A DNA stretch of 64,000 nucleotides from the NCBI RefSeq assembly GCF_902459465.1, contig NC_047068.1:12338001-12402000 (forward strand). Direction: 5' to 3'. Origin of the DNA: Asterias rubens. Its lineage: Eukaryota. Numbering within the stretch: position 1 is the stretch's first letter; the number at the start of each line of letters is the position of its first letter. Positions 39,066-50,863 of this stretch are shown here, piece after piece. The position numbers and the translations under genes are program-made. Under the pieces are notes generated by a model, which was not told the DNA's origin, did not search any database, and worked only from the letters and a program-made list of their open reading frames with translations.

Positions 39066-42000
39066 ACAAGTACATTTACATTTTTTAAACTGTTAAACAA
39101 ATAACTTGGCTGGTTCTTCTACTACCCTAAGACAATTCGTCTAATATAGGATTATGTTACGTATTGAAAGCTTGGGAAACTTGACAGTGATGCTTTTCAG
39201 TGGCGTTTCAAAATAATCGTTCCAGCCAGTTAATCCCAACCAAACAAAGTTTTCTCACGGTGGACAAAGTTCAAGTTGTTGTCTACATGTAGGGGTTTTG
39301 AGAATTTTCAGAATGTGAGGTTTGATGAGTTTCCTGTTGTGTTTAATTTGAACAAAAAATTCAAATTACAAGGATCAATAGGTATGTGTGTGTTATTCAA
39401 AAAAAAAAAAAAAAAAAATGGAATGCATTTCATTTTTGCACTGTAGCAGAATAGGTTTACTCGGTGCAATCCGGCTTTTCCATTTCATTCTGCCGGGCAT
39501 CCTGAAATGGAACAGTCCAGATATCACCCCGTGATTAAATTCTGCAACAGTGAATTCACATGCATCAAATTATTAATTTGTTTAACATGAGCCTTCCTTC
39601 CTAATTATTATAATTCTTCAAAAAACAGCTCTAAGTAAAAAAAAACAATTTCTTTTTAACATTCTCCTCAGAATCAGGAAGAACTTTTCTACTATCAAGT
39701 ACTATGAATCTTTTTGAGGTTCAACAAGGGAACATACCTTTGGTTTTTGGAACTGTTCGACTGTTTTAATCCTATACTAATGTATACAATAAAACTAACC
39801 TGTGAAAAATATCAAAAAAATAGTTAACTGTCTGACGTTTTGATCCTAGCAGTAGTGGTTACCAAATGTATACGTTCCCTTTAAATCTTTTCAAACCAAA
39901 ACAACAATCCTTTACTCAAAGTTAGTTGTCTAGTAAAAACCCCACATACTCAAAGTTAGTTAACTAGTAAAAACCCCACATTATTTGTTTACTCCCACCT
40001 TTCAATCAGCAAACAGGAAGCTTAATTTAATTTCAAAAAGTGGTAGCATTTTTGAGATATCGCCGAAGATCCAGAGTGGTTTAGTCCATGCGGGATGAAT
40101 AATTTGTAATTGGAATACTTGAGAATCTGAGAAACAACTCTGAAAGGATAATTTTTTCTCTTTTTCTTCAAAGTGAAATTATTCTCAAAATGCTTAATAC
40201 TATCCAAATCTACTGTACTTCTAACCAAACGTTGGAATAGTAATTTTTCTAAAGAGTGATTACCAAACGTATACCTTCCCTTTAATTCTTTCCAAAACCA
40301 CACCGACAACTCCCTTCCTCATAATATATTTGTCAAGTAATTAACCACTATAATGATTTGTTTACTTCCATCTTCCAAACGGTAAACAGGAAATAACAGC
40401 CAATAAATACAAAGGCGTGTCTGGGTACCGATTCAACCTGCGTACACACTGAACTAAGATGTGCGTTTACGCACGGTGCCTTCCACAGGTCATTACTTCA
40501 AGATGTTCATGCGTAATGCGTAACCTTGAGGAGATAATTTTGTCCGACCCCATGGGGGATGCCGAGGGTTGGACTGTGAAGTCATAAGAAGAAATCCATT
40601 TCGAAAAATGATCACGGTTAAAGTGGCAGTACATTAAGTCAAATGTGTGTGGTTAGGCTTACATGTGATATAAGAAACTATAGTTTTCTGTTGGTTGGCC
40701 AACGTCAAAAAGTCAAATTGCGCCTCATCAAATTTTAGGAATGAACTGAAAATTCTTAGTGAAAAAATGTATACCATTGAAATGTGATAATATCAAATTT
40801 TTGAATTTTGAAAACAAAAAAATGCGCTTGAAGGGTATTTTAAAAACACGGTGGCATTTTCATCAATTTTGACATGACTTTGAGAATTGTAATTTTTGTA
40901 CTCCATTTTTATAAGGACTCTTCTATTGTAAAATAAGTGGATCACAAAACTCACATTTGGCCTTGGAGACAGTTTCTCTTTAATTACATACATGTACCAT
41001 GGACATGTATTGTACAGTGCATCTCAGATGAACACATGTGTCCCTCTTACTGTGTCCAAGCACTCTTCAATCCAAACATGGAGGATTTTCCAATGCAGGG
41101 AGGATCTAAACCATTCAAGTGGGTCTTACAAAACAGGGCTTCAATTTGAGTGAAATACCACAAAACAGCAGGGCTTTGTTTTGGCATTTTGAGCGAACCT
41201 GAATTCTTTCTACAGGTTCCGAATCAAAATAAGATTCTAATTCGGCCTTTATTTGAGTATAAGCACTAATAGAAGGTCGGTCTCATTTGTCATATGGGTA
41301 GGTAGGATTCAATACAGAAGAGATATATTTAATCAGACTAAAAGTCAACATTTGACAAAAGTCAACTTTTTGTCTAATATTTTTATAAACATCTATTAAA
41401 TCTTTTTTAATAAAAAGTTATTTTGTTGTGAGGAATAATTGTTCAATTGTAAAAGTGAACAAAATTGTCCAATCAAGCCTGACTCAAGTCCAAGTCAGTT
41501 ACTGCAAGTAGCTGACTATACAAAACACACTGATGCTACATGTAGGCCTACTAGTCTTCTCAAAACTGAGCAATATTCAAATTAACAAACAATCCCCAAC
41601 TGAACTCTGCTAGCAGTGCTAGACATGAAAGTGACTCAAGGGGAGTGTATTTTTAGCCCCCACCCCCTCAAATAAACAAATAAAAACAGTCACAAAAGTT
41701 ACACGCATTAAAACTTGTCTCATTAGCAATGAGTCATGTAACACATAAACAGTACATAATACAAAAAGACAAAACAACTGTATTAATGTAACTTTTAATG
41801 TAGTGCTGAACTCCAGATTACTGCCAAGGTAGTGCTTTTTCCCTTCCGTGTAGTTCAGAACAAAAAAACAGAACAAAAAAACAAAACCCCTAAGGGTCGA
41901 GAAAAAGTGACGCAGTTTATGTGTGTGCTATGAGACATTTCCTTCTGATACTCTCCCTATTTATAAATAGCATGTTAAACTAGTTTTAGACTCGAGGTTG

Positions 42001-42379
42001 GGAGGGGGGTGGGAATGAGTAACAAACAGATTGCTAGGAGAGGCATCTTTTGTCCTGTTGAAGATTTCCCTGTAGGTGCTGAATACCGCATCGATTGGAA
42101 AATCCACGATGAGTGTAGGTTTTGAGTTTCTCAGTTGAGGAAAGTGATTCCATTTATACTTGGTTTCATACAATCTAATGTTCAATCCTAGGTTTGTCAC
42201 TTAAAAGAGGAACTGCCCCAAATCGTGAAGTGAAGATATCGCCGAAAATCCGGAGCGATTATATCCATGTTGAATATTCCCTAATAATAATACACGATCT
42301 GAGAAACATTACGCAGTATCTAAATGGCAGATGCACATTTTGCAGTGTGATCTGCATAGCCCCTGCAAGTGGTCAATAC

Positions 42380-42757
42380 TAAGCTTGGGCGATATCACGA
42401 TATTATCGAATATCGCGATACCAATTTGGAAACAATTTCGATATTGGATCGATTTGGTTTTAATCGAAATATCGATATATCGCGATATATCGCGATATAG
42501 CGTGATATTAATTAAATATCGCAATATCGCGATGTATTTCCTAGCTGAGACATCTTGCACCCCATAGGTTTGGAGTGAAACCAAAAGAATAGGTCATAAG
42601 AACACCCCTCTTGTGCTATGACTGTCTCTTCTACAACTTTCACTGGGAGTTTGAAGACTGATGATGTCAAATTTAATTAATCGCGATTATATCGAATATC
42701 GTGATATATTGTCGGCAATATATCGTGAATAAAATAAATCGATATCGCCCAAGCTTA
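42380..42757. mobile_element. hAT-type MITE, CpG-rich, with 8-bp TSD GTCAATAC
   Basis: TIR taagcttgggcgatatc / gatatcgcccaagctta; identical 8-mers at 42372-42379 and 42758-42765. Confidence 0.9.
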
Positions 42758-44382
42758 GTCAATACATTTAGTACATCTTATGAGCCCTGGCAAATATTTA
42801 CATCACACAAAATATTAGAATTTGAAACCTATGGGAGACTTTTGAGATGCTTGCCACAGTCAGCAGACATACTGGTCTTTTTTGGCGGCTCTGAGCGTGC
42901 GCGCACATGCTCAGTGGTGCGCACGTATGGTCTGAGCACGCGCACTACTGGTGAGAACTGTGAAAAAGGACCGTCCTACAGTCTCCAATTGGACCAAAGT
43001 CCCCTAGAAAAATAGCAGTGCACACAAACAAACTGTGCCCCCCTCCCCCTTAAATGATAACTTAGTTTTGGCAATGCATGATCCATGCAGTTTTAATTGA
43101 ATTGATTATTACTATTTATGCGACAAAGAAAGCAATGTATAGGCAGTGAACAATGAGCGTTGTAACTTGAAACGAAGAAAGTCGTACCTGAGGGAAATAG
43201 GTCAAAGGGTACACAAATATGTTATAATGGAAAGTTTTTTGCTTTTTCTAAAACAAACAACACAGAGTTTCGTGACTGACTGAATGTGATGTGTTTCACA
43301 GTTTCTGTTTCATATTAAAACAGCAGGGCAAAACTAAGCGGGATATGAGTAACATTTTGTATGTAAAATGGTACTTGATCAAGTAACTTACTATACTGGT
43401 GGTAAGCGTCATCTTGTAGTTATTTTTTGTAGCAACATTTTATGCTTTAAAAGCAGACTCCTTTGTTAAAATCCGTGGCATCAATACCTCCTTCCCGAAG
43501 GTGATCTTTTCTGCTTGACTTCCCATTAAAACTTGGTTTGTATACATGTCACAGGCGGAAACGCACAAAGTGCAAACAATAAAAATGTAACAGACAATCA
43601 AATTACTCATTATAAGATTGATACTTTTTACAACTTCAAACTTACAACTGCCTACTTATTAATCAAAAGTTTACTCACATATTAATAAGCAGAAGAGCTT
43701 CATAAAATTGTCAAAATGCACAACCTCAGACGTCACTTTGTATCAAGTACACAGTAAAACTTACCCGTACTTGGTCAACGACGTACAATCTTCACGATTT
43801 TACTAACAAACTATGTACTCATTGTCTGTCAGACTTTGCCCACTAAATATTTGCCACTGCCTGGCACACGTATCAGACGTAGACTGTAATGCCGGGTTGT
43901 CAGGAGTAGTGTATCCTAAACTAAGGTCATAGGGCCTAGTATCATTACCGGGACCTATATAGATCCAGGAGATTCCTTCAACTTGCAGGTTTGTAACGTC
44001 CTGTGCTTTACGCAGGATGATGACGACACGGAACAATTGATAATAAGTTACAGGGCAGTTTCCCCCCTTGTTGGCCTAGTGCCCTTACATTACAAGTACG
44101 GATGAAGCAAACAATAATTGTGATTCACTGAACGTGGCTTGCACACACCCTTGCCAATGCCAGTCAGTACCTGTAAGGTTAAGTTAACTGTCTGGTCTGC
44201 AAGACCGATGAGTGTGCGTAGAGTTTGACTTGAAAAAACAACAACAACAAAAACCGCCGTACACGATGATAATCAGTACTTTTAGATTGGAGAAATTGAA
44301 TACACTAAATATCAATTGCCCAGAATTTGTTTTCGAATGATAAAATGATGTCGTGTTCTAGACCTTATTTTAACCTTCCTAC

Positions 44383-44753
44383 TAAGCTTGGGCAATACCA
44401 AGATATTATCGAATATCGCGATACTAATTTGGAAACGATTTCGATATCGGATTGATTTGGTTTTAATCGAAATATTGATATATCGCGATATATCGCAATA
44501 TGTCGATTAAGTATTGCAATATCGCGATGTATTTCCTAGCTGAGACATCTTGCACCCCATAGGTTTGGAGTAAAACCAGAAGAATAGGTCATTAGAACAC
44601 CTCTCTTATGCCATTGCCTGTCTCTTCTACAACATTCACTAGGAGTTTGAAGACTGATGATGTCAAATTTAATTAATCGCGATTATATCGAATATCGCGA
44701 TATATTGTCGCCGATATATCGTGAATAAAATAAATCGATATCGCCCAAGCTTA
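44383..44753. mobile_element. hAT-type MITE, second copy, with 8-bp TSD CTTCCTAC
   Basis: Same TIR and body as 42380-42757; identical 8-mers at 44375-44382 and 44754-44761. Confidence 0.9.
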
Positions 44754-45142
44754 CTTCCTACTGCAGGCCTTGAACTTCGCTCTTGAAAGGAAACAGCAAT
44801 TTTCCTCATGTAAGAAGCACTTCTATGAGGAAAGTTTAAAAAGCACCATAGCAAAAGAGCTTTGGGTGTTTTGGGTTATTTCGAAGCCTGCTAACTGTAT
44901 GATCATTTTGATAAATATCCTGTGGTTTTGAAATGACATTAGTGTACTGTGTAGTTTTAAACTGAGTCAGCCTGCCCTGCAATATGATATCATGTGGTGG
45001 TGAATGCATACTGACAAATTGCACAGTCAACCCTCCTACTGCCTGAGTCACAATTAAATACTGTGGTTTTGAATGATAGATTAAGCTATGCAGAATGATC
45101 TACACAGTACACAGTCAACCCTCTTACTATGTGACCATTAAG

Positions 45143-46065
45143 TAAGTTCTCATGCCGAGTTGGCACAATCCATATCTTGAAACTAGGTTTAAAAGAATGA
45201 ATCAAGAGATGGTAATTCTATGACTAATGTCACCACATTGAAGTTTGCGTCAGTGTGTCTCACTCAAAATTTGACGTCACAATTTAAAACGCGGTGAGCC
45301 AAACTAGAGTTTTCCAGTCACATAGTATTTTTGATTTCAAACATCACTTCATGCCAAGATTCAACCAGCCCCTCTTTTCTAGGTCAAATGAAATCTCCGT
45401 CCGCTCTTAGGTACTTGAACTCTGCACCCTGATTTTAAAAATCCTTGAGCATTTACACATGAGATTGAAGTGTCGTCTATGATACACATCTAGTTATGTC
45501 TGGTACTTCTTTCAACCTTGACTTGCCAAGAGCTTTCCGAAGCTCAAAAGCACTACAACTGAACTCATTGTCTGTGTTACGTAGATTGGAACGATAGATA
45601 CATTGTACACTATGCTTCTGATGACACAGAACACGTTAAAAGTTTCAGTTCTCATGCCAAGTTGGCACAGTCCACATCTTGGAACTAGATTCAAAAGAAT
45701 GAACCAAGAGATAGTGGTTCTATGTGTATGACTAATGTAACAACATTGAAGTCTGGTCAGTGGGTCTCAATCAAAGGTTTGACGTCACAAGTTAAAACGC
45801 GGCGAGCCAAACTTTTAATATATCGAACATCACTTCATAAAAAGATTGAACAAGCCCCCTTTTTTTCTAGGTCGAATGAAATCTCCGTTAATTCAAAGGA
45901 ACTTGAACTATGCACCTTGAACTAACAAAATCCTTGAGCATTTAAACATGAGACTGAAGTGTCATCAATGATACACACCTTAGCTACGATGTCTCGTACT
46001 TCCTACAACCTTGACTTGCCAAGAGCTTACCGAAGCTCAAAAGCACTACAACTGAACTCATTGTA
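45143..46065. repeat. Diverged ~500-bp tandem duplication
   Basis: gttctcatgcc at 45146 and 45648; caaccttgacttgccaagagc near 45513 and 46007. Confidence 0.88.
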
Positions 46066-46345
46066 ATACTCATCCAAACCCTGAGGAAGTCTTGAATTAA
46101 CGTTGCTTTTGACTTTCGCTGAAAACAAAACAACTGTTTCTTTGCAATTCGATTTGTGATAACAGCCATACAGTTTGTCACAAATTATACAAACAAGATG
46201 TTGTCAATGGAAGCAAAGGAAAGATTTATGAATGAAGCTGGATAAAAACAATTGAAATTTCACGGTTCAGTTTTACTACAATGTGATTCAAATTTGGATA
46301 ACAGTCAAACATTGACGGCTATTCTAATTATGAATTGACTTTTAA

Positions 46346-46710
46346 AGGGAAGGTACATGTTTGGTAATTACTGAAAACAAATATTAACTTAAAAACTGAC
46401 TTGGTAATGAGCATTGAAGAGCTGTTGATAGTATAAAACATTGTGAGAAACGGCTCCCTCTGAAGTAGCATAGACTTTGAGAAAGAGGTAATTTTTCACT
46501 AAAATAATAAAAGACTAGCCAGAGTCTTTTATTCCTATCTGAAAGCACACAAATTCGTCCAACAAGGGTGTTTTTTCTCTCATCATTTTCTCGCAACTTC
46601 GATGACCAATTTAGCTCAAATTTGTCACAGACTTGTTATTTTATGCTTTTGTTGGGATACACCAAGTGAGAAGACTGGTCTTTGACAACTACTAAACGTG
46701 TACCTTCCCT
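46346..46710. mobile_element. TTAA-flanked MITE, family A body with variant TIR
   Basis: TTAA|agggaaggtacatgttt ... aaacgtgtaccttccct|TTAA. Confidence 0.85.
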
Positions 46711-48559
46711 TTAAACTGAAATTATGACATCGACTATATAATTACTTCACTAAACAAATGACAAGCAAACATCCATTGAACTCTCCTACATGGATGTAGT
46801 TTCTCATCAAGCGTAACCTCAAGCCATTTAATACCTAACATATTTTTATTTTAAGGTTCCTGTTTGATATAATGTACCTCTCTGGAATTACTGCCCTCAT
46901 CGCATTGCAACCATTGGGAAAATATGCTTTGTAAATTCTATTATTAGGTATTAATAAAAAGTAACCCTCACAAGAAATATTTTATTTAGCAAAAATTAAA
47001 ACACGTTCTTGGTAGGGGACCACTTTTGATGTCAAGGGATCTTAGTGAATCAGACCGTAATGGAATCGGCAGCTACAGCTATGGCTCTGACTGTAGCTAA
47101 AAAGGGTGTTGCTAAGGACATCCTATAGGGCCTACTTCAATGCATGATGATACACAGCAATCCAGTTGTTGTAGCCAAAACCATAGCCACCAATTAAATA
47201 GGGGGTTAAATTGTGAAACTTTGAAAACACTGAGCATGTACAAAGTATTTCAGTGCACCTGTACGTAATTCGTTTTTCAAGACTTTGAATTGAACCAAAA
47301 TTCATGTTTCTACAGACCAATGTTGAACTATATTCTTTCAAAGGGTTGAACAGAATTAAACTGAAAGTGGCTTTTACTGACTGCATTTAAAGTGACAAAT
47401 AAGCCAAACCAAGCCTCTTTTTATTCCCGATATCCTGTTTTTAAAGGAAATTATGTGAATTTCTACACCATGGAAGTCTACTTCAACCAGCAGCTGAGCG
47501 GCTGAGTTGATCCATGATGATCGAGAATACACAGTTAATAACAAAGTGCATCCTATGTTGAGGGGGGGGGGGGGGGGGGGGGGCAGGCCAGCATGCTTCA
47601 TTTTTGAAAGGGCAAGGGCATCAAGGCATTTTCTCCTTTGAAAAGGGCACCCTAGAGCATTTCAAGAGCATCTAGAACATTTCAAGGGCAACAAGGCCAT
47701 GACCAAAGGGTATGGAGGCAATATCTTCTGTTGCCTCCTTTAAGTATCCTGGTGGGAGGGGGTTGTCTGAAATTCAATAGCAATATGATTGATGTGGATA
47801 GAACCTATGGCCGCAAAAGTATAGAACACATCCTAATTCATAGTAAATGTTGTTGTTATTTTCAATTTTGTATGATTTTAGAAAACATTTTAGGAGTGAT
47901 GGAGGGTTCTGTTTAAAAGCTTTCTTTTTTTTTTTTTTGGGGGGGGGGGGGTTTGGAAGGGGCGGGGGGTCAAGTTTTCTACAGATTCTTATTAAGGTAA
48001 AGCTCTGAGAATGTTACACACTCATTAAGGTGATAGCTGAAAAAGGTAGAAAGAATACAGTCCGCTGTGTGGGTTTAATACCACTGCATCTACCCAACAA
48101 AAAGCACACATTGTACCTAAACAAAATGTGAGAATAAACAGCGATATATAAGAACATTCCAGTGATCAGAAAAGAAAATGTAATCGACAACAATCTATGA
48201 TCGTACATGCACGAACGCAGACGTCTTAGTTTAACACACAAAAAAGTACAGCAATGCTCTAGGTACTAGGTCTAGTTATCCAATTACTTGAGACGAAACA
48301 TTTATTATTTATTTACACTGTTATTTTGTTTATTCATTAACCGTTACAATTGTTGTGGTCAGGGGTGGTCATTACTCCTAGATAGAACTATGAGAAACAT
48401 TGACCGTCCAAAATTTGGTCGAAATTAAAGAATCTATTAAAAAAAATAACAACAAACAAACAACTAACCAACCAAAGAACCAAACAAAAGACAACAAAAA
48501 ACAAGATCAACAAATAAGAAGGATAAAACACTATTAAAATGAAGTGCTTTATTATAGTG

Positions 48560-48900
48560 TAGTGCAACAATCGACATTCTCCTACTACTACTTCTACTAC
48601 TAGTACTACTCCTAGAACTATGAGGTTCGTTCAGCTATCGTCTCCTGTTGAACTATGAGGTTTGTGCGACTATCGTCTCCCGTAGTTACGGGAGACGATA
48701 GCTGAACGAACCTCATAGTTCTAGGAGTACACTAGGTCTAGAACTAGTAATGAATGGACGTTCGTTCCACTATCGCCACTACATGGAGACGTTATCGGAA
48801 CGTACTTCTAGAAACTATAATAAGGCTCCCCCCATGAGCTCACGGGGGAGCATTATAGTTTCTAGAAGTAATTGGAACGAACCTCATACAGTTCCAAAGT
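48560..48900. repeat. Nested foldback (long inverted repeat) structure
   Basis: Perfect 38-bp IR (48608-48645 / 48691-48728), inner 15-bp stem (48670-48701) and a second 18-bp IR (48805-48822 / 48852-48869). Confidence 0.85.
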
Positions 48901-48941
48901 GCCAATTTGTCTTCTATTCCATATTAAATTATTGGGAAAAG

Positions 48942-49221
48942 TTTCCGTATGGCGCCACCACTTTTTCATCCGATATGAAATAGTATAGTATCTTATTTAC
49001 CTCAATGATAAATCCCTTTTTGTAAAAATGAGTGAAAAAGTGGTGTCGCCATACGGAAAGTTATCCAATTATTGTTACAAATCATTAAAAAATAAGGAAA
49101 AGTTTCTGTATGGCGCCACCACTTTTTCATTCGAAATGAAATAATTATAGTATCTAATTTACCTGATTGATATATCCCTTTTTGTAAAAATGAGTGTAAA
49201 AGTGGTGGCGCCATACGGAAA
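48942..49221. repeat. Two tandem copies of a ~120-bp hairpin element, family J (also at 62909-63035 and 63950-64000)
   Basis: 27-bp arms tttccgtatggcgccaccactttttca / tgaaaaagtggtggcgccatacggaaa around an AT-rich spacer. Confidence 0.85.
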
Positions 49222-49589
49222 GTTATCCAAAAATAACCTTTAAATTACAACTTGCCCAACTTCTGTGCTGTGTGGCAAGCTGAATCCCTCAGCATGTTTT
49301 GTCAAACATATTGGGGGGGGGGGGGACAATATGATGGGGAACTACTCTGCTGCCCTAGCCTTATGTTTGTGATGAGCAAGGGGAGATTTGAGTTACCTCA
49401 ATGGGGCTACACACAAATCGTGCACAACAAATTTCCTCTCCTTCAGTCAAAATTTAGCGGCCGTTTTGTTACCAACCACTGAGAATCATCAAAATGTCAT
49501 CAATTCTGAAATCCAATTCAAATTTTCCTCAACTCAAACTGTCACAGCAATAAATTCATCAACTCACCGATTTTTATAGCATCTTCACA

Positions 49590-49985
49590 TTACAATCCCT
49601 GCTCAAAATGTGCGCTAACCAGCAGCCAAGCTTGTCCGGACTTGCAACCGCAGCAGCAGCTAGGTCGGCGAACGACATGAACGAGGGGACGGACGAAGTA
49701 ATTTTAGTGCTCAATCAATCTTTCGTGAAAAAAAAAATAAAGTGTCAAAAAGCATGTATGATAACGCCCTCAACGACAGTCAACAAGAATTTTTATTTTT
49801 TTCCGAAGCTGGTACCCAGGAACACGTGTGGTTTTGTTGTTTGGTATGTTTACCAATGAATTTGGCATCTGTTTTGGTGTTGTCCCGGAAGTAATGGGTT
49901 GATGTGTGGTTGAAAGCGTCGTCTGCTTCGGTTTTATTTTAGAAGGCGGAACATAGCGAAAAGGCTGCAGAAAGATCGTGTAAGA
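49590..49985. promoter_or_regulatory. Putative bidirectional promoter / first non-coding exons of iRhom (minus, ~49.6-49.7 kb) and MPG (plus, ~49.94-49.98 kb)
   Basis: CpG-enriched patch between the two divergent genes. Candidate plus-strand donor gatcgt|gtaaga near 49980 and acceptor ctaaag at 50818 upstream of the MPG ATG. Weaker minus-strand donor gggatt|gtaatg near 49595. TSS positions are inferred. Confidence 0.5.
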
Positions 49986-50863
49986 TTGCAAAACAGAACT
50001 GGGTCTTGTTCTCCTGTTCGTGGTACCGTATTGAAAAAGCAGCAGTACTGTAAAATCTGCACTTACTTTGTCAAATTTTGTTAACTTCTTGAGTGAAACA
50101 ATTCTCAGTAATGTATAATTTAATTAATGTAAGTTAAAGTTGTAAACTCATTGTAAGTAACAAATAATGACTGATTTATAATTCTAGATGATGTATTGTC
50201 TTAGTTCCTACTGTTTAAATGTTTGTCAGTGTTGTGTTTTGTTTATTGAAGTGTCTTCTGTCCGTAGGTACGGGAACAAAAGTAAAGTTGCTTCACCCGG
50301 GCCATGTTCTGTTTTTGTGATTATTTGTCCCGCCTTTGTGTACATTTCTCATAACCTAAATAAATACGTTATCTATCGATCTATCATTGGCAAAGTATCC
50401 ATCAGGAAACATCATGTCAACTTTGTTGGTTAGTTGTGCGCGTTGAAAAAGTTTGTTTTTGTTGAGCTGCAGAATTGAAGGCCTGATCGACTCTGGTGGT
50501 GTTAATTGCACTTGCAGGGGATTTGGGTTTTGTTTTGATTGTAGAAAATGACTGTTTTTTCTTATTTTCTTTTCTACCAAATACTTGTATACCTCTGCAT
50601 ACTATTACTATTAGCAACAAACAAGTGTGGGTAGAAGCCGGAATTTCCTTGGGCCACCAAGTCCTTGAATGGTCGCTAAGCTCATTGACCAATGATTTTT
50701 TAAATTATCTCACACACAACATGTTTTAGGAAGACTGCCAAAAAAAGTCCCCCTCCAGTAAATTTGTTTTTGTCAACCCTAAATGTACGCTTACAGTTTT
50801 CTTTCATTTCATCTAAAGGGGACAAATCTGCCGGAACTGGGACTTTTAATTTTGTGCAATTGG

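Noticed and set aside
5982-47583. Many long poly-G/poly-C runs (e.g. 5982-6003, 18538-18564, 47562-47583) as G-quadruplex elements
   Set aside because: Scattered with no positional pattern; homopolymer lengths are unreliable in assemblies.
5200-49500. Nested globin or other protein-coding gene in the long iRhom 5' region
   Set aside because: I found no globin-like or other recognisable exon chain on either strand. Most listed ORFs map to MITEs, SINEs or LINE fragments, or are short and featureless. Very small exons could have been missed.
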